Shown piece after piece: positions 29,793 through 40,342 of a DNA stretch of 64,000 nt. The DNA comes from an uncultured delta proteobacterium (lineage in GTDB: Bacteria; Desulfobacterota; Binatia; Binatales; Binataceae). The DNA lies in assembly GCA_963744545.1 (NCBI GenBank), contig CAVUUH010000044.1:34140-98139 (forward strand). The letters run 5' to 3'. A program made the position numbers and the translations under genes. How positions within the stretch are numbered: the first letter of the stretch is position 1; every line of letters starts with the position of its first letter. The notes beneath the pieces are model-generated. The model saw nothing but the letters and a program-made list of their open reading frames with translations, ran no database searches and had not been told where the DNA came from.

Positions 29793-31566
29793 ATGGAATC
29801 CAAGCATCACCGTGATCAACTGCCGGTAACGCTCGACAATGCGAGCGTGGCGGAAATGTCGACCGTCGAGCGGCTCAAGCATGCGAGCGAAGGGCTCTTC
29901 TACGTCCACTCGACGCACGAGAGCCGGCATACGATGCGCTCGGAAATCGACGCGCTAAGCGCGCGCCAGGCCGAGACGATCAGCGAGCACGCGAAGGAAA
30001 TCTCCAAGCATTTCGGAATCTACAAACAGCGCGAGCGCAACGAGAGCGGCAAGAAGGACGGCGATTTCATTTTCATGGTGCGGGTCAAGATTCCCGCGCG
30101 GCGAGCTCACGCCCGCGCAGTGGCTCGCGCTCGACGCGGCCGCCGATCGTTATGCCGACGGCAGTATCCGGCTTACGGCGCGCCAGGGCGTCCAGTTCCA
30201 TTACGTGCGCGGGCACAATCTGAGTCCGCTGATTCGCCATATCAACACGCAGCCAGAGCGATAACGGCTACCAGCTCACGACACTCGGCGCGTGCGGCGA
30301 CGTGAATCGCAATACGGTCGCAAGCCCGATCGACGATCTCGACGCCGAGCTGCCGCTCGATTCGCACGAACTGGCGCATGCGGTGGCGCGCGAGATGGCG
30401 CCGCGGAGTTCGGCCTACTACCAGGTGTTCCTTGCCGACCAGAACGGACAACAGGTCGCGCCGCTGAATTCGGAAGAGCCGATCTACGGCGCGCAATACC
30501 TGCCGCGCAAGTTCAAAGTCGGCTTTGCGCATCCGCACGACAACAGCGTCGATCTGCTGACGCAGGACGTCGGCTTCCTCCCGCGCGTCAGCGGTCGCGA
30601 GGTCACCGGCTACGACCTGTACAGCGGCGGCGGGATGGGCGTGACGCACAACCAGCCCGCGACGATGCCGTTGCTCGCGCTTTACCTGGGCGTGGTGCAA
30701 CGCGAGCAGGTGGTGGATGCCGTGCGCGCGATCGCGACGATTCAGCGCGAGCATGGCGAACGCCGGAATCGGCGCGCGGCGCGATGGAAATACACGATTC
30801 GCCGCATCGGCGTCGACGCGGTCAAAGCAGACGCTGCGCGAACGCTTCGGAATCGCGCTCGCCGACGCGGAACCGGTTCCGCTGCCGCCGGTGCGCGATC
30901 ATTTGGGATGGCATCGGCAAGCGGGCGGCGGCGAATTTCTCTTACGCGGGAATCATGATTCCCAACGGACGAGTCCGCGACACCGCGACGAGTCGAAATA
31001 TCGGAGCGCAATTCGGCGCATCGTCACGGAGGTCGAGGGAATCGGCGTGCGCGTCACGCCCAATCAGCATCTGATTCTGGCGCACGTTCCAGCCGCGCGT
31101 CGCGAATGGATCGAGCGGACGCTCGCGGATCATGGCGTCGCCTTTCGATGGCGAGGTGCCACCGATCCGGCGGCTCGCGATGGCGTGTCCGGCCAAGCCG
31201 ACCTGCGGCCTTGCGATGACGCATGCGGAGCGCGTGCTGCCGCGCTATCTCGCGGAACTGGAGCGCGAGGGACTCGGAGACGTTGACGTGATAATCCGGA
31301 TGGCCGGATGCCCGAACAGCTGCTCGCGTCCGCCGACGGCCGAGATCGGGATAATCGGCTATGGCAAGAACGATTACGTGTTGATGGTGGGCGGCGCCCG
31401 CGACGGCAGCCGTCTCGCGAGGGTGCTGTACCCGCGGCTCAGCGAGCGCGAATTGATCGAAGCGTTGAAGCATCTGGTGCGAGCTATCCGCGATCGCAAT
31501 CCGCATCGCTTGTCCGCGGGCGACTATCTCGATCAGACGCCTGACGCCGAACTCAAGGCGCCTTGA
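29793..31566 (+). pseudogene. sulfite/nitrite reductase hemoprotein (CysI-like), at least 6 frame changes
   Basis: homologous segments alternate between frames: 'FMVRVKIP', 'GGELTPAQWLALD..IRLTARQGVQFH', 'TTLGACGDVNRN...YLPRKFKVGF', 'IPNGRVRDT', 'VRVTPNQHLILAHV', 'ACPAKPTCGLA...GCPNSCSRP'. Confidence 0.8.
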
Positions 31567-31617
31567 GACTGCGGCTACGCCGCCGCGCTCGCATTCTCGA
31601 GCGTGGCACTTCTGCAT

Positions 31618-31749
31618 TTATTGGGTCTTAAGGCGCAACTCCGATTGTTGAGTCGGCGTGCGCTTCATCTCGCGCTCCGCCGCTCTCCAAAAACCAATCG
31701 CTAGTACGAGAAAGGTACCGACCAGCAGCAAGATTCCTTCGTAAACCAT
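31618..31749 (-). CDS. possible 43-aa single-TM peptide (MVYEGILLLVGTFLVLAIGFWRAAEREMKRTPTQQSELRLKTQ)
   Basis: hand-translated; GGAGG SD 7 nt upstream of the ATG; not in the ORF track (<60 aa). Confidence 0.3.
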   Translation of the reverse strand: MVYEGILLLVGTFLVLAIGFWRAAEREMKRTPTQQSELRLKTQ

Positions 31750-31902
31750 CGTTGGAACCTCCGTGTCGAGATAATAATTTCCATATCGCGGGACAATCCG
31801 TGCTGCAACACCCGCGAGAGCGAGTTGAGGGAGCCACCAAAAGAAATGCCGATATCGAAGTTAGTTTGACAAAGAACGACCGGTCGTGCTTTTCTGGTTC
31901 GC

Positions 31903-32568
31903 ATGTCGAATCCATCGACCTCGACGCGCGAACGGATACTCCATCAGGGGCTGGCCCTGATGAGCCAATCGGGACTGATCGGCGTCACCCTTGGGGTTCT
32001 GGCCGACCAGGTTGGAATGTCGAAGAGCGGGCTCTTCGCCCATTTCCGATCGAAGGAAGACGTACAGATCGAACTGCTGTCGCATATGGCGGAATTCGCG
32101 ATGGCGCATGTCGTCGAGCCGTCGATGAAGGCCGACGAAGGTCTTCCACGCTTGCGGGCTCTGGTTCGCAATTGGTTCGGATGGGCGCAGCGCGCGGGGC
32201 TGCCGGGAGGCTGTCCGGTGGCGGCAGGATTGTTCGAGTTCGACGACGTCGAGGGCCGCGTCCGGAACAAGATTCTCGAGATGGAAGGTCAATGGCGCCT
32301 CACGCTGACCGAACTCGTTCAGCGCGCCGTCGAGCTGGGACATCTTCGGCGAGACCTCGATGTGGACCAGTTCGTGTGGGAACTTTGCGGCATCTACCTG
32401 GGTCATCATGCCGCCCATCGATTCCTCCGATCCGCCGACGCTGACAGACGAGCGGAGACTGCCTTCGAGGCTCTTGTTGATCGCGCGGTGCCACCGCGCA
32501 GCAGGCGCAGGTTCATCACTAAAAACGTGGGAAACAAAAGGCGTTCAGCGAGGAAACGAAAATCATGA
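31903..32568 (+). CDS. TetR/AcrR family transcriptional regulator
   Basis: 'RERILHQGLALMSQSGLIGVTLGVLADQVGMSKSGLFAHFRSKE'. Confidence 0.9.
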   Translation: MSNPSTSTRERILHQGLALMSQSGLIGVTLGVLADQVGMSKSGLFAHFRSKEDVQIELLSHMAEFAMAHVVEPSMKADEGLPRLRALVRNWFGWAQRAGLPGGCPVAAGLFEFDDVEGRVRNKILEMEGQWRLTLTELVQRAVELGHLRRDLDVDQFVWELCGIYLGHHAAHRFLRSADADRRAETAFEALVDRAVPPRSRRRFITKNVGNKRRSARKRKS

Positions 32569-33227
32569 AACAGACTCAACTACCGCTCGAGATTGGCATG
32601 CTGCTTTACCCGGGACTGACGCTGCTGGATCTGTTCGGTCCACAGACGGTCTTTTCGTGGTTCGCCAATACTCATCTCGTGTGGAAGACAAATGATCCGA
32701 TCGTCTCTGACACCGGGATCTCGGTTCATCCCACAGCCACGTTCGAAACGTGCCCGCGTGAACTCGACATCCTGTTCGTACCCGGCGGATTCGGCCAGCA
32801 GAAGATCATGAACGATAGCGAGGTGCTTGGGTTCCTCGCCGATCGGGCATCGCGATCCAGATACGTAACATCCGTATGCAGTGGATCGTTGCTGCTCGGA
32901 GCGGCGGGTCTGCTCAAAGGATACAAAGCCACCTCTCATTGGTCGGCCCGTGAAGGGCTACGAATGTACGGAGCGGAGCCGGTTGAGGCGCGAGTAGTCG
33001 TAGATCGAAACCGCGTGACGGGAGGCGGCGTCACCGCCGGAATCGATTTTGGGCTCGTGGTCCTCGCGAAGCTGCGCGGAGACGACGCCGCCAAGTTGAC
33101 GCAACTCGCGATGGAGTATGATCCTGAACCTCCGTTCAACGCGGGCAGCCCCGCGGCCGCCGGTCCTGAAATCGTCGAGCAAGCCATGAGCTTCATGGCC
33201 GCGGAGATGGAGAAACACACGGGTTAG
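32565..33227 (+). CDS. DJ-1/PfpI family protein
   Basis: 'LLYPGLTLLDLFGP', 'FVPGG', nucleophile elbow 'SVCSGSLLLG'; 4-nt overlap with the tetR gene. Confidence 0.85.
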   Translation: MKQTQLPLEIGMLLYPGLTLLDLFGPQTVFSWFANTHLVWKTNDPIVSDTGISVHPTATFETCPRELDILFVPGGFGQQKIMNDSEVLGFLADRASRSRYVTSVCSGSLLLGAAGLLKGYKATSHWSAREGLRMYGAEPVEARVVVDRNRVTGGGVTAGIDFGLVVLAKLRGDDAAKLTQLAMEYDPEPPFNAGSPAAAGPEIVEQAMSFMAAEMEKHTG

Positions 33228-33240
33228 CTGCGCTATCGCG

Positions 33241-34020
33241 CTACGAGAGATCGATGGGCAGCTCGAGATAGCTCTTAAAGATGAAATCGCGATGCTCGAT
33301 CAGTATCGGCTTGAGTGCGGCTACGACTGTCGGATCTGTTGTCGTGAACATCGTGCGCATCCGTTCGTGCATTGGCATCAACTCGGGCGGAAGCGGCTTC
33401 AACATGTTAGAGAACGCTGCCCAATAGATATCCATCGCCGACAGCGAATCGCCGATGAAGAATCGGCTACCGCGTCCCTCTTGCTGCTCGAGCCGCGCTG
33501 CAAGCGCGGTCAGGCCAGCCGCGACGCGCTCGGCGGCGCGTGCGCCGATCTCAGCCGAGTAGCGGTATTTCTTTCCGAGGTACGCGGAAACACCCCTGGG
33601 ATCGCCGCCGGGCTTCGTGATTTGCTCGTGTACGCCGCGCAGCCGCTCGATCCATCCGATGCCATTCTCGCCGCATAGTTCGTTGCAGTAGCCGAACATC
33701 AGGACGCGATCCTCGAAGCGTTCCGGGATGAGTCGCGGCGTCGGCGCCAGCCGCTCGGCCAGATTGAGCTGATCGATCCACGTCGAGAGCGGACGTTCGT
33801 CGTTCCACGCCAAAACGGGAAAGCTGTCCTGCCCGCTCCATTCCTGAAACATCGTGGTTGGCGAGCCGAAGACGTGGCTGACTCGGGCGTGCGGCAACTG
33901 CTTGATGTGGAGGATGCCTTTGAGCGCCTCGCCCCACGGACTGGGAATGTTCGCGAGCGTGACGATGCGGAGTCCGGAGGCGCGTCGCGCCTGCTCGATG
34001 TCGATTCTTTCTGGTTTCAT
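33241..34020 (-). CDS. glutathione S-transferase-like protein (tentative)
   Basis: 259 aa from the ATG at 34018-34020 ('MKPERIDIEQ...'); thioredoxin-like N-terminus plus helical C-terminus pattern. The ORF-track extension to 34356 is antisense to higB. Confidence 0.55.
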   Translation of the reverse strand: MKPERIDIEQARRASGLRIVTLANIPSPWGEALKGILHIKQLPHARVSHVFGSPTTMFQEWSGQDSFPVLAWNDERPLSTWIDQLNLAERLAPTPRLIPERFEDRVLMFGYCNELCGENGIGWIERLRGVHEQITKPGGDPRGVSAYLGKKYRYSAEIGARAAERVAAGLTALAARLEQQEGRGSRFFIGDSLSAMDIYWAAFSNMLKPLPPELMPMHERMRTMFTTTDPTVVAALKPILIEHRDFIFKSYLELPIDLS

Positions 34021-34089
34021 TTCGGTGGGACCCCCGAATGTCCGTTGTTCCCATTTTGGGAACCGTGCTACTATTTCAAAGTGCGAGTG

Positions 34090-34404
34090 ATGGCACGACG
34101 AACCCTTCGACAGTTTGCAGAATCGCTTAAGGGGCAGCAAGGTGAAAAGGCAGTGAAGGCGGCGCTTGATGCGTGGTTTCGCGAAGTTCACCTTGCCGAG
34201 TGGCGGAGCCCAGCAGACGTGAAGCGAGACATTGGCGCCGCTAGCATCGTCGGCAGAAATCGTGTGGTTTTCAACATCAAGGGGAACGATTACAGACTCG
34301 TTACAGCGATCAACTATCGTCGTCAGATCGTCTTCATCAAATGGATTGGGACGCACCGCGACTACGATAAAATCGACGTAAGGACCGTAAACTATGGAGA
34401 TTAA
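34090..34404 (+). CDS. HigB-family mRNA interferase toxin (PF09907-like)
   Basis: 'WFREVHLAEWRSPADVKRDIGAASIVGRNRVVFNIKGNDYRLVTAINYRRQIVFIKWIGTHRDYDKI'. Confidence 0.8.
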   Translation: MARRTLRQFAESLKGQQGEKAVKAALDAWFREVHLAEWRSPADVKRDIGAASIVGRNRVVFNIKGNDYRLVTAINYRRQIVFIKWIGTHRDYDKIDVRTVNYGD

Positions 34405-34777
34405 ACCGATACGTACCGAACGTGACTACGAGCGGGCTCTGCGGGAGGTCGAGCGTCTTATGGATGCCAAGCCGGGAACTGCAGAAGAAGACCGGCTGGA
34501 TGTGCTCGCGACGCTGGTCGATGCTTACGAGAGCGAGCACTTCCCGATCGATCCGCCTGATCCAATTGAAGCGATTCGGTTTCGGCTTGAGCAACAAGGA
34601 CTCGACACGAGCGCGCTAGTCGGTGTGATCGGAGGACGCAGCCGAGTGTACGAGGTAATGCAAGGCAAGCGCGCGCTTTCGCTGGAAATGATCCGGCGAT
34701 TGAACGAACGCTTCGGTATCCCCGCCGAAGTGTTGATTCGTCCGGTCCGCGCTCGACGTCGCCGGCGCGCGGCGTAA
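34394..34777 (+). CDS. HigA-family antitoxin, HTH (XRE) domain
   Basis: 'IRTERDYERALREVERLM...LATLVDAYE' plus 'GGRSRVYEVMQGKRALSLEMIRRLNERFGIPAEVL'; 11-nt overlap with the toxin gene. Confidence 0.8.
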   Translation: MEIKPIRTERDYERALREVERLMDAKPGTAEEDRLDVLATLVDAYESEHFPIDPPDPIEAIRFRLEQQGLDTSALVGVIGGRSRVYEVMQGKRALSLEMIRRLNERFGIPAEVLIRPVRARRRRRAA

Positions 34778-34781
34778 CCGT

Positions 34782-36099
34782 CTAGGTGCCGGATTCCCAG
34801 CTGGCGAGGTATTTGCGCTGTTCGGCGGTGAGCGTGTCGATCTTGATGCTCATCGCGGCTAGTTTGACGCCCGCGATTTCCTGTTCGATCTCTATCGGCA
34901 CTTCGTGAACCTTGACGGTCATCTGAGGGCTTTTTGCTGCCCACTCTGAGGCCATCGCTTGCGTGGCGAAGCTCATGTCCATCACTTGTGCGGGATGGCC
35001 TTCGGCGCACGCGAGGTTTACCAGGCGGCCTTCGCCCAAGAGATACACGATTCGGCCGTTGGACAGGTGGTAGGCGTCGATGTTGCGGGTTACGTCGCGA
35101 TCGACTTTTTTCGCAGCGTCGTTCAGGTAGGCAACGTCAATCTCGATATCGAAATGGCCCGAGTTGCTCAGGAACGCGCCGTCCTTCATCTGGGTGAAAT
35201 GCGCGGAGGTGAGAACGTGCTTGTCGCCGGTCGCGGTGATGAAGATATCGCCGACTTTCGCCGCGTCGATCATTTTCATCACGCGGAACCCGTCCATCGC
35301 AGCTTCCAGCGCGCGAATCGGATCGACTTCCGTGACTACCACGTCGGCGCCTAGGCCGCGCGCGCGTGAGGCGATGCCGCGGCCGCAATAGCCGTAGCCT
35401 GCGACGACCACGACCGAGCCTGCGATGAGAACTCCGGTCGCGCGAATGATGCCGTCGAGGGTGGATTGTCCGGTGCCGTAACGATTATCGAACAGATGCT
35501 TGGTTTGCGCGTCGTTGACGGCGACGACCGGAATCTTGAGCGCGCCATCTTTCGCCATCGCGCGCAGCCGGATCACGCCAGTGGTGGTTTCCTCCATGCT
35601 CGCTTTCACGTCGTCGGCCTGGTTGGCGAACTCGGTGTGCAGCAGGCTGACGAGGTCGGCGCCGTCGTCCATCGTGATCGTCGGACGGCGTTCGAGCACG
35701 GCGCGCAGATGGGCGTAGTAGGTATCGCGATCTTCGCCGTGGATGGCGAAGGTGGGGATGCCGTATTGATCGACGAGCGCGGCCGCGACGTCGTCCTGAG
35801 TCGAAAGCGGATTCGACGCGCATGCGATCACTTCGGCGCCGCCCGCCTTCAGGGTGCGGAGCAGGTTGGCGGTCTCGCAGGTGATATGCAGGCACGCGCC
35901 CATCCGCTGGCCCTTGAGCGGCATGTTCCTTGGCGAATCGCTCGCGCAAGCGGCGCAGCACGGGCATCTGCTTGTCGGCCCATTCGATTCGCTTGCGGCC
36001 GGCCTCGGCGAGTCCCAGGTCGTGAACGTCGAAGTCGCGGCCGTTGCCGTTGGTGCGGGATTTAGAAACTGCTTTGAGCTTTCTTGCGGACGTGGCCAT
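34782..36099 (-). CDS. ahcY: adenosylhomocysteinase, frame change near 35925
   Basis: N-terminus '[32 protein letters not shown]' in one frame, '[20 protein letters not shown]...GYGYCGRG...' in the next; a single extra nucleotide explains it. Confidence 0.9.
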
Positions 36100-36165
36100 C
36101 TAATTCAAAACTCCTGTTTCAGGAAAGTTACTATCTAGCTTGGTGAAGACGGCTTGCAGTTGCGA

Positions 36166-37353
36166 TCAGCTGCGGCCGTTGAGGCCGAACGCATTGCGCA
36201 GAGTCTCGGCCATGTCGGTCCGCTCCCACGGGAACAGTCCGTCGTGGGGGTTACGGCCGAAATGCCCGTAGGCGGCAGTCGGCTGATAGATCGGGCGCTT
36301 CAGATTGAGCGTCTTGATGATTCCAGCGGGCCGGAAGTCGAACAGCTCGCGCAGAGTTGCGGAGAGTTTGTTCTCGGGCACGATGCCGGTGTCGAAGGTA
36401 TCGACCAGCAGCGAGACCGGCTCGGCGACGCCGATCGCATACGCGACCTGGATTTCGCATTTGGTCGCGAGTCCGGCCGCGACGACATTTTTCGCGACGT
36501 GACGCGCCATGTAGCAGGCCGAGCGATCGACCTTGCTCGGATCCTTGCCCGAGAACGCGCCGCCGCCATGACGGCCGTAGCCGCCGTAGGTATCGACGAT
36601 TATTTTGCGGCCGGTGAGTCCGCAATCGCCATGCGGTCCGCCGATGATGAAGCTGCCGGTCGGGTTGACGTGATAGACGGTCGAGCGGGTCAGGTACTGC
36701 GCGGGGATGGTCTGCTTGATCAACTGCTCGATGACCGACTCGCGGATGGTTTCGTATTTGACGTCGGGTGAATGCTGGGTTGAGACGACGACCGCGGTTA
36801 CTTCGACCGGGCGGTTATCGACGTAGCGCACCGTGACCTGGCTCTTGGCGTCGGGGCGCAGAAAATCGAGCTGCTTGCTTTTGCGGAGCTTGGTGAGATT
36901 TTCCATCAGCCGATGCGCCATCGCGATCGGCAGCGGCATGATCTCCGGCGTTTCGTCGCACGCGAAACCGAACATCAGGCCCTGATCGCCGGCGCCCTGT
37001 TCCTTATGGAGGCCTTCGCCCTCGGTGACGCCCTGCGAGATGTCGGCGGACTGCGGCTCGATCGCGGTGAGAACGGCGCACATGTTGCCGTCGAAGCCGA
37101 CCTCGGAGCTGTTGTAGCCGATGTCGAGGGCGGTCTGTCGCGCGATTTTCACATAGTCCGGTTTCGCGCGGCTGGTAATCTCGCCGGCGAGGACGATGAG
37201 CCCGGTCTTGGCGAGCGTCTCGAGCGCGACGCGTGAGTTGGGGTCTTCTTTAAGGAGGGCGTCGAGGACGGCGTCCGAAATCTGATCGCACATCTTGTCC
37301 GGATGGCCTTCGGAGACCGACTCTGACGTGAACAGGAAATCCTTAAGCGGCAT
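36166..37353 (-). CDS. metK: S-adenosylmethionine synthetase
   Basis: '[25 protein letters not shown]', '[16 protein letters not shown]'. Confidence 0.95.
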   Translation of the reverse strand: MPLKDFLFTSESVSEGHPDKMCDQISDAVLDALLKEDPNSRVALETLAKTGLIVLAGEITSRAKPDYVKIARQTALDIGYNSSEVGFDGNMCAVLTAIEPQSADISQGVTEGEGLHKEQGAGDQGLMFGFACDETPEIMPLPIAMAHRLMENLTKLRKSKQLDFLRPDAKSQVTVRYVDNRPVEVTAVVVSTQHSPDVKYETIRESVIEQLIKQTIPAQYLTRSTVYHVNPTGSFIIGGPHGDCGLTGRKIIVDTYGGYGRHGGGAFSGKDPSKVDRSACYMARHVAKNVVAAGLATKCEIQVAYAIGVAEPVSLLVDTFDTGIVPENKLSATLRELFDFRPAGIIKTLNLKRPIYQPTAAYGHFGRNPHDGLFPWERTDMAETLRNAFGLNGRS

Positions 37354-37601
37354 TATTCGCGATAGCTCCTTGGAGCGCCTTTTCGGGCAAGATTTGAATT
37401 CAACTGATGCAGCCGGCGCGTGCGACTGAGGCGGTCAAATGTGTTCAGTTCCAGAGGGTTGAGTATAGCGCTTGCGCAAGAGTGAAACGCGAAAAATAGG
37501 CAGCGCTCCTCAAGATTTTCGGTAGTGAAGGTATAACTGACCAATCGGACAGAATCAAGGTAGCGACCGGGAAGAGGTTTCGGTCGCGGGGCCACCTCGG
37601 C

Positions 37602-39230
37602 TCAGTCCCAATTTTTTAAACTCGGCCAAATCTGCGCCAACGTGCGCCCTCCTCTAGGTTGTGTGCACAAATATATCGTGAAGTGCTCATTTGCCATCGC
37701 GTACTGATTGCCCACCTCGGCCTTCGGTTCGACCTTCGCGTAGCCTTGCTCCAATCGCTCGCGCGACGCGCCGAGCACGATCACACTTTCGCCGCTGTAG
37801 TCTCTCGGGCCCCAATACCAGTAATTGGCGTGGCCGCTGATTGCCTTGGGGAGGCCGATCGCAGGCCCGTAGAAATCTATCGCCCCCGCTTCTCCATAGT
37901 TGCTCCCGATTATCGCCGTTCGTGCCCTCTGGTCGGGCGGCAAATCGTTGTAGACCTCTGCGGTGGCCGCGACCATCTCGGGCCATCCGAACCTATCTGC
38001 GAGGAACTGGGGCAGGTCACTCGACTTGCGATTCTCGAACTTTGGTTCCGAGAACCCTATGAATCGCGTGTACTCGATATACTCGCGAGGAGGCAGCAAC
38101 GGCAGGGTGTTGAGCGCCATCAATGCGCCGGTCACCGCGACCAGACCGACGTACGCTGGCCTCAGCCATCCGCGTCCCGGTCGCCCAGTCCACTTTTCGA
38201 TAACAATGGCTCCTGCGGCCAGCAACATCGGATACGCGGGCGCCAGATAATAAAATCTTCCCGCCGGTGATCAGCAGTAGGAGCAGCGACACCAGGTACG
38301 CATAGCCGAGCGCGCGATACGGCCTGACGCGTCGCTGAACAGAAACGCATACAAGCCGCACAGCCAGATCGGAGCCGCCAGAGGTTGCATGCCCAGCAGT
38401 TGCCACCCGATGAACCCGATCGGACCGATCGCGACGTTGCGCCCGCTACGTCTGATATTCGCAAGCATCTCGAGATGAGGAAAATGATGCTGGATTTGCC
38501 AGATGAGATTCGGCAGGAAGATCGCGAACGCCACCAGCCCGCCCAGGATGAACCATCGGCTCGACATCAAGCGCCGCTGCGCCGTCAGCATCAGGCCGGC
38601 CACCAGCGAGAAGCCGAACACGAGCATCGTGTCCTTGTTCTCGAGCCCGATTCCGGCGAGCACGCCGAACCATACCCACAGCCTGACGTCGCCGGTCTGG
38701 ATCATCCGGATTACGATCATCGCGCATCCCATCCACAGCAGTGGCTCGATCGAATTCATCGACAGATAGCTGCCAAAGCTGAGATAGAACGGAGCAAACA
38801 GCACGGCGAGCGCGGCGAGAGTCTGGGCGAATCGTCCGCCGCCGAGTTGTCGCACGATCGCGCCTGTGATGATGACCAGTCCGGCCGCGGCGATGGCCGG
38901 AAAAATCCGAATCGCGAGAAGCGAATCGCCAAACAGCGCTCTTGCCGCCCATGCCTGCACCGCCGTGAGCGGAGGCATATCGACGTAGCCCCAGCTCAGA
39001 TGCTGCCCGCAGGCCATGAAATAAAGCTCGTCGATAAAAAATCCGTATCCGCCCGGGTTCGGCAGATGAATCGGGAATTCAAGGCAGGCGATATAAGCAA
39101 CGATCGCCGGCCCCGAGACGAACCACTTCGCGCGCGCGTCCGCGCCGCTCCTGACCTGCTCGGCTATTGCAGTTGCCACAGCACTCCCTGCTAACGCGCC
39201 GCCGCGAACGTGGCAACGCCATAACTTCAC
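37602..39230 (-). CDS. family 39 glycosyltransferase (PMT_2/ArnT-like), about 70 nt out of frame between two compensating indels (about 38320 and about 38254)
   Basis: 'FIDELYFMACGQHLSWGYVDMPPL' and multiple TMs (frame of 39230); 'RPYRALGYAYLVSLLLLLITGGK' in the second frame; 'YYLAPAYPMLLAAG...' back in the first frame. Confidence 0.75.
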
Positions 39231-39374
39231 TGCACGCAGGACGTATCAATTGGATTGAGGGCTTTCTCAGTTACCTCGCCCGTTGAGTTAGGCAATTATC
39301 CGGCACCAGACTATCAAGTCGGATTCGTTTATCTTTCTGATCTGACAGGCCGGTGTTCGTCGGGTTACGTTACA

Positions 39375-39536
39375 TTAGCTCTGCTGTTGGGTTTGCTCTG
39401 TCTGAGCGGTCTCTTTTGCCTTGCGGCGACGGTACGACCGCTGCTTCTGCGCCCTGTAGTGGGGATGCGTTTTTTCGTGGTAGTCCCCGCACTTGCGACA
39501 GAAGAAGAACAGAATCTTTTGAGCGTATCGAGTCAT
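39375..39536 (-). CDS. 53-aa basic protein with CxxC...HxxxH zinc-finger-like motif
   Basis: 'MTRYAQKILFFFCRKCGDYHEKTHPHYRAQKQRSYRRRKAK...'; GAGGA SD 8 nt upstream of the ATG at 39534-39536. Confidence 0.4.
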   Translation of the reverse strand: MTRYAQKILFFFCRKCGDYHEKTHPHYRAQKQRSYRRRKAKETAQTEQTQQQS

Positions 39537-39547
39537 GAGTATTTTCC

Positions 39548-39961
39548 TCAGTGTGGTGTGATCAGACACGGACGCGGAATAGTAAGTAGTCCCTCAGGCG
39601 ATTCATGTCGCGAACGCATGAGGGCGCGCATTTGTTCCATTTCTTCGATGCCTCCCATGCGGCTTGGCATGGCTTCAAACAGACTTGCGTCAACCAGTAG
39701 CGAATGTCTACCGACCAGAATGACAACTCCTTTGGGTCCGAACGGTCCGCAACTCGGAGTACCCAACACGTTTGCCGCGACATTATTCATCGGATCGATG
39801 AGAAAGGCCTGTAATTTCCCCGTCACGGCGTCTTTACCGTTCGGGCAATCGGTGCAGAATATGGTCACCCCAGAGACGATGCAGTTGGGCGTAACACCGC
39901 CAATGTCGCGCGGTCCGATTGCGATCCGCACATTTCTACAGAGCATGGCCTTAAGGGCCAT
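39548..39961 (-). CDS. hypothetical protein (about 137 aa), no family recognised
   Basis: minus-strand ORF co-oriented with its neighbours; competing plus-strand ORF 39255..40040 makes the call uncertain. Confidence 0.35.
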   Translation of the reverse strand: MALKAMLCRNVRIAIGPRDIGGVTPNCIVSGVTIFCTDCPNGKDAVTGKLQAFLIDPMNNVAANVLGTPSCGPFGPKGVVILVGRHSLLVDASLFEAMPSRMGGIEEMEQMRALMRSRHESPEGLLTIPRPCLITPH

Positions 39962-39995
39962 CTCCAATTCGCAGGCTAGTTCGTTTGCTTCCGAA

Positions 39996-40277
39996 TCATT
40001 GCCTGTAGTTTCGATGGTAATTGGTCGATTCTGTATCTAAGTACGAAATTATCCTCGAAATATGCCGGTCCCCGTATACGTTGGCTGCTTCCATGAAAGC
40101 TTCTGTTCGGGCCATTTCTTTTTCGACCATTGCCTCATCAATTGTTTCTAGATGTTCAGAAAGTGCGAATTCCATGATCGTGAAGAATTGTTCGCCAATA
40201 ACTCCGATGATGGCCAAGGTCAGAAACAGTTTGCGGTACTTTTTCCATTTATCAGATTTGCCGAACTCTTCTGCCAT
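39996..40277 (-). CDS. hypothetical single-TM protein (93 aa)
   Basis: 'MAEEFGKSDKWKKYRKLFLTLAIIGVIGEQFF...' followed by a helical acidic segment; weak SD. Confidence 0.4.
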   Translation of the reverse strand: MAEEFGKSDKWKKYRKLFLTLAIIGVIGEQFFTIMEFALSEHLETIDEAMVEKEMARTEAFMEAANVYGDRHISRIISYLDTESTNYHRNYRQ

Positions 40278-40342
40278 CCATCCAAAAAAGAAACAACGAA
40301 CCAAACACCAACGTACAAATAACCGACACATTCGAGGCAACA

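Noticed and set aside
36100-36165. SAH riboswitch in the metK-ahcY spacer
   Set aside because: It is only 66 nt long, and no conserved SAH-element sequence is recognisable.
39255-40040. 261-aa plus-strand ORF in the IS1595 cargo region
   Set aside because: It has a TTG start, no SD and no recognisable features. The co-oriented minus-strand small ORFs were preferred, one of which has a good SD. The strand assignment remains uncertain.
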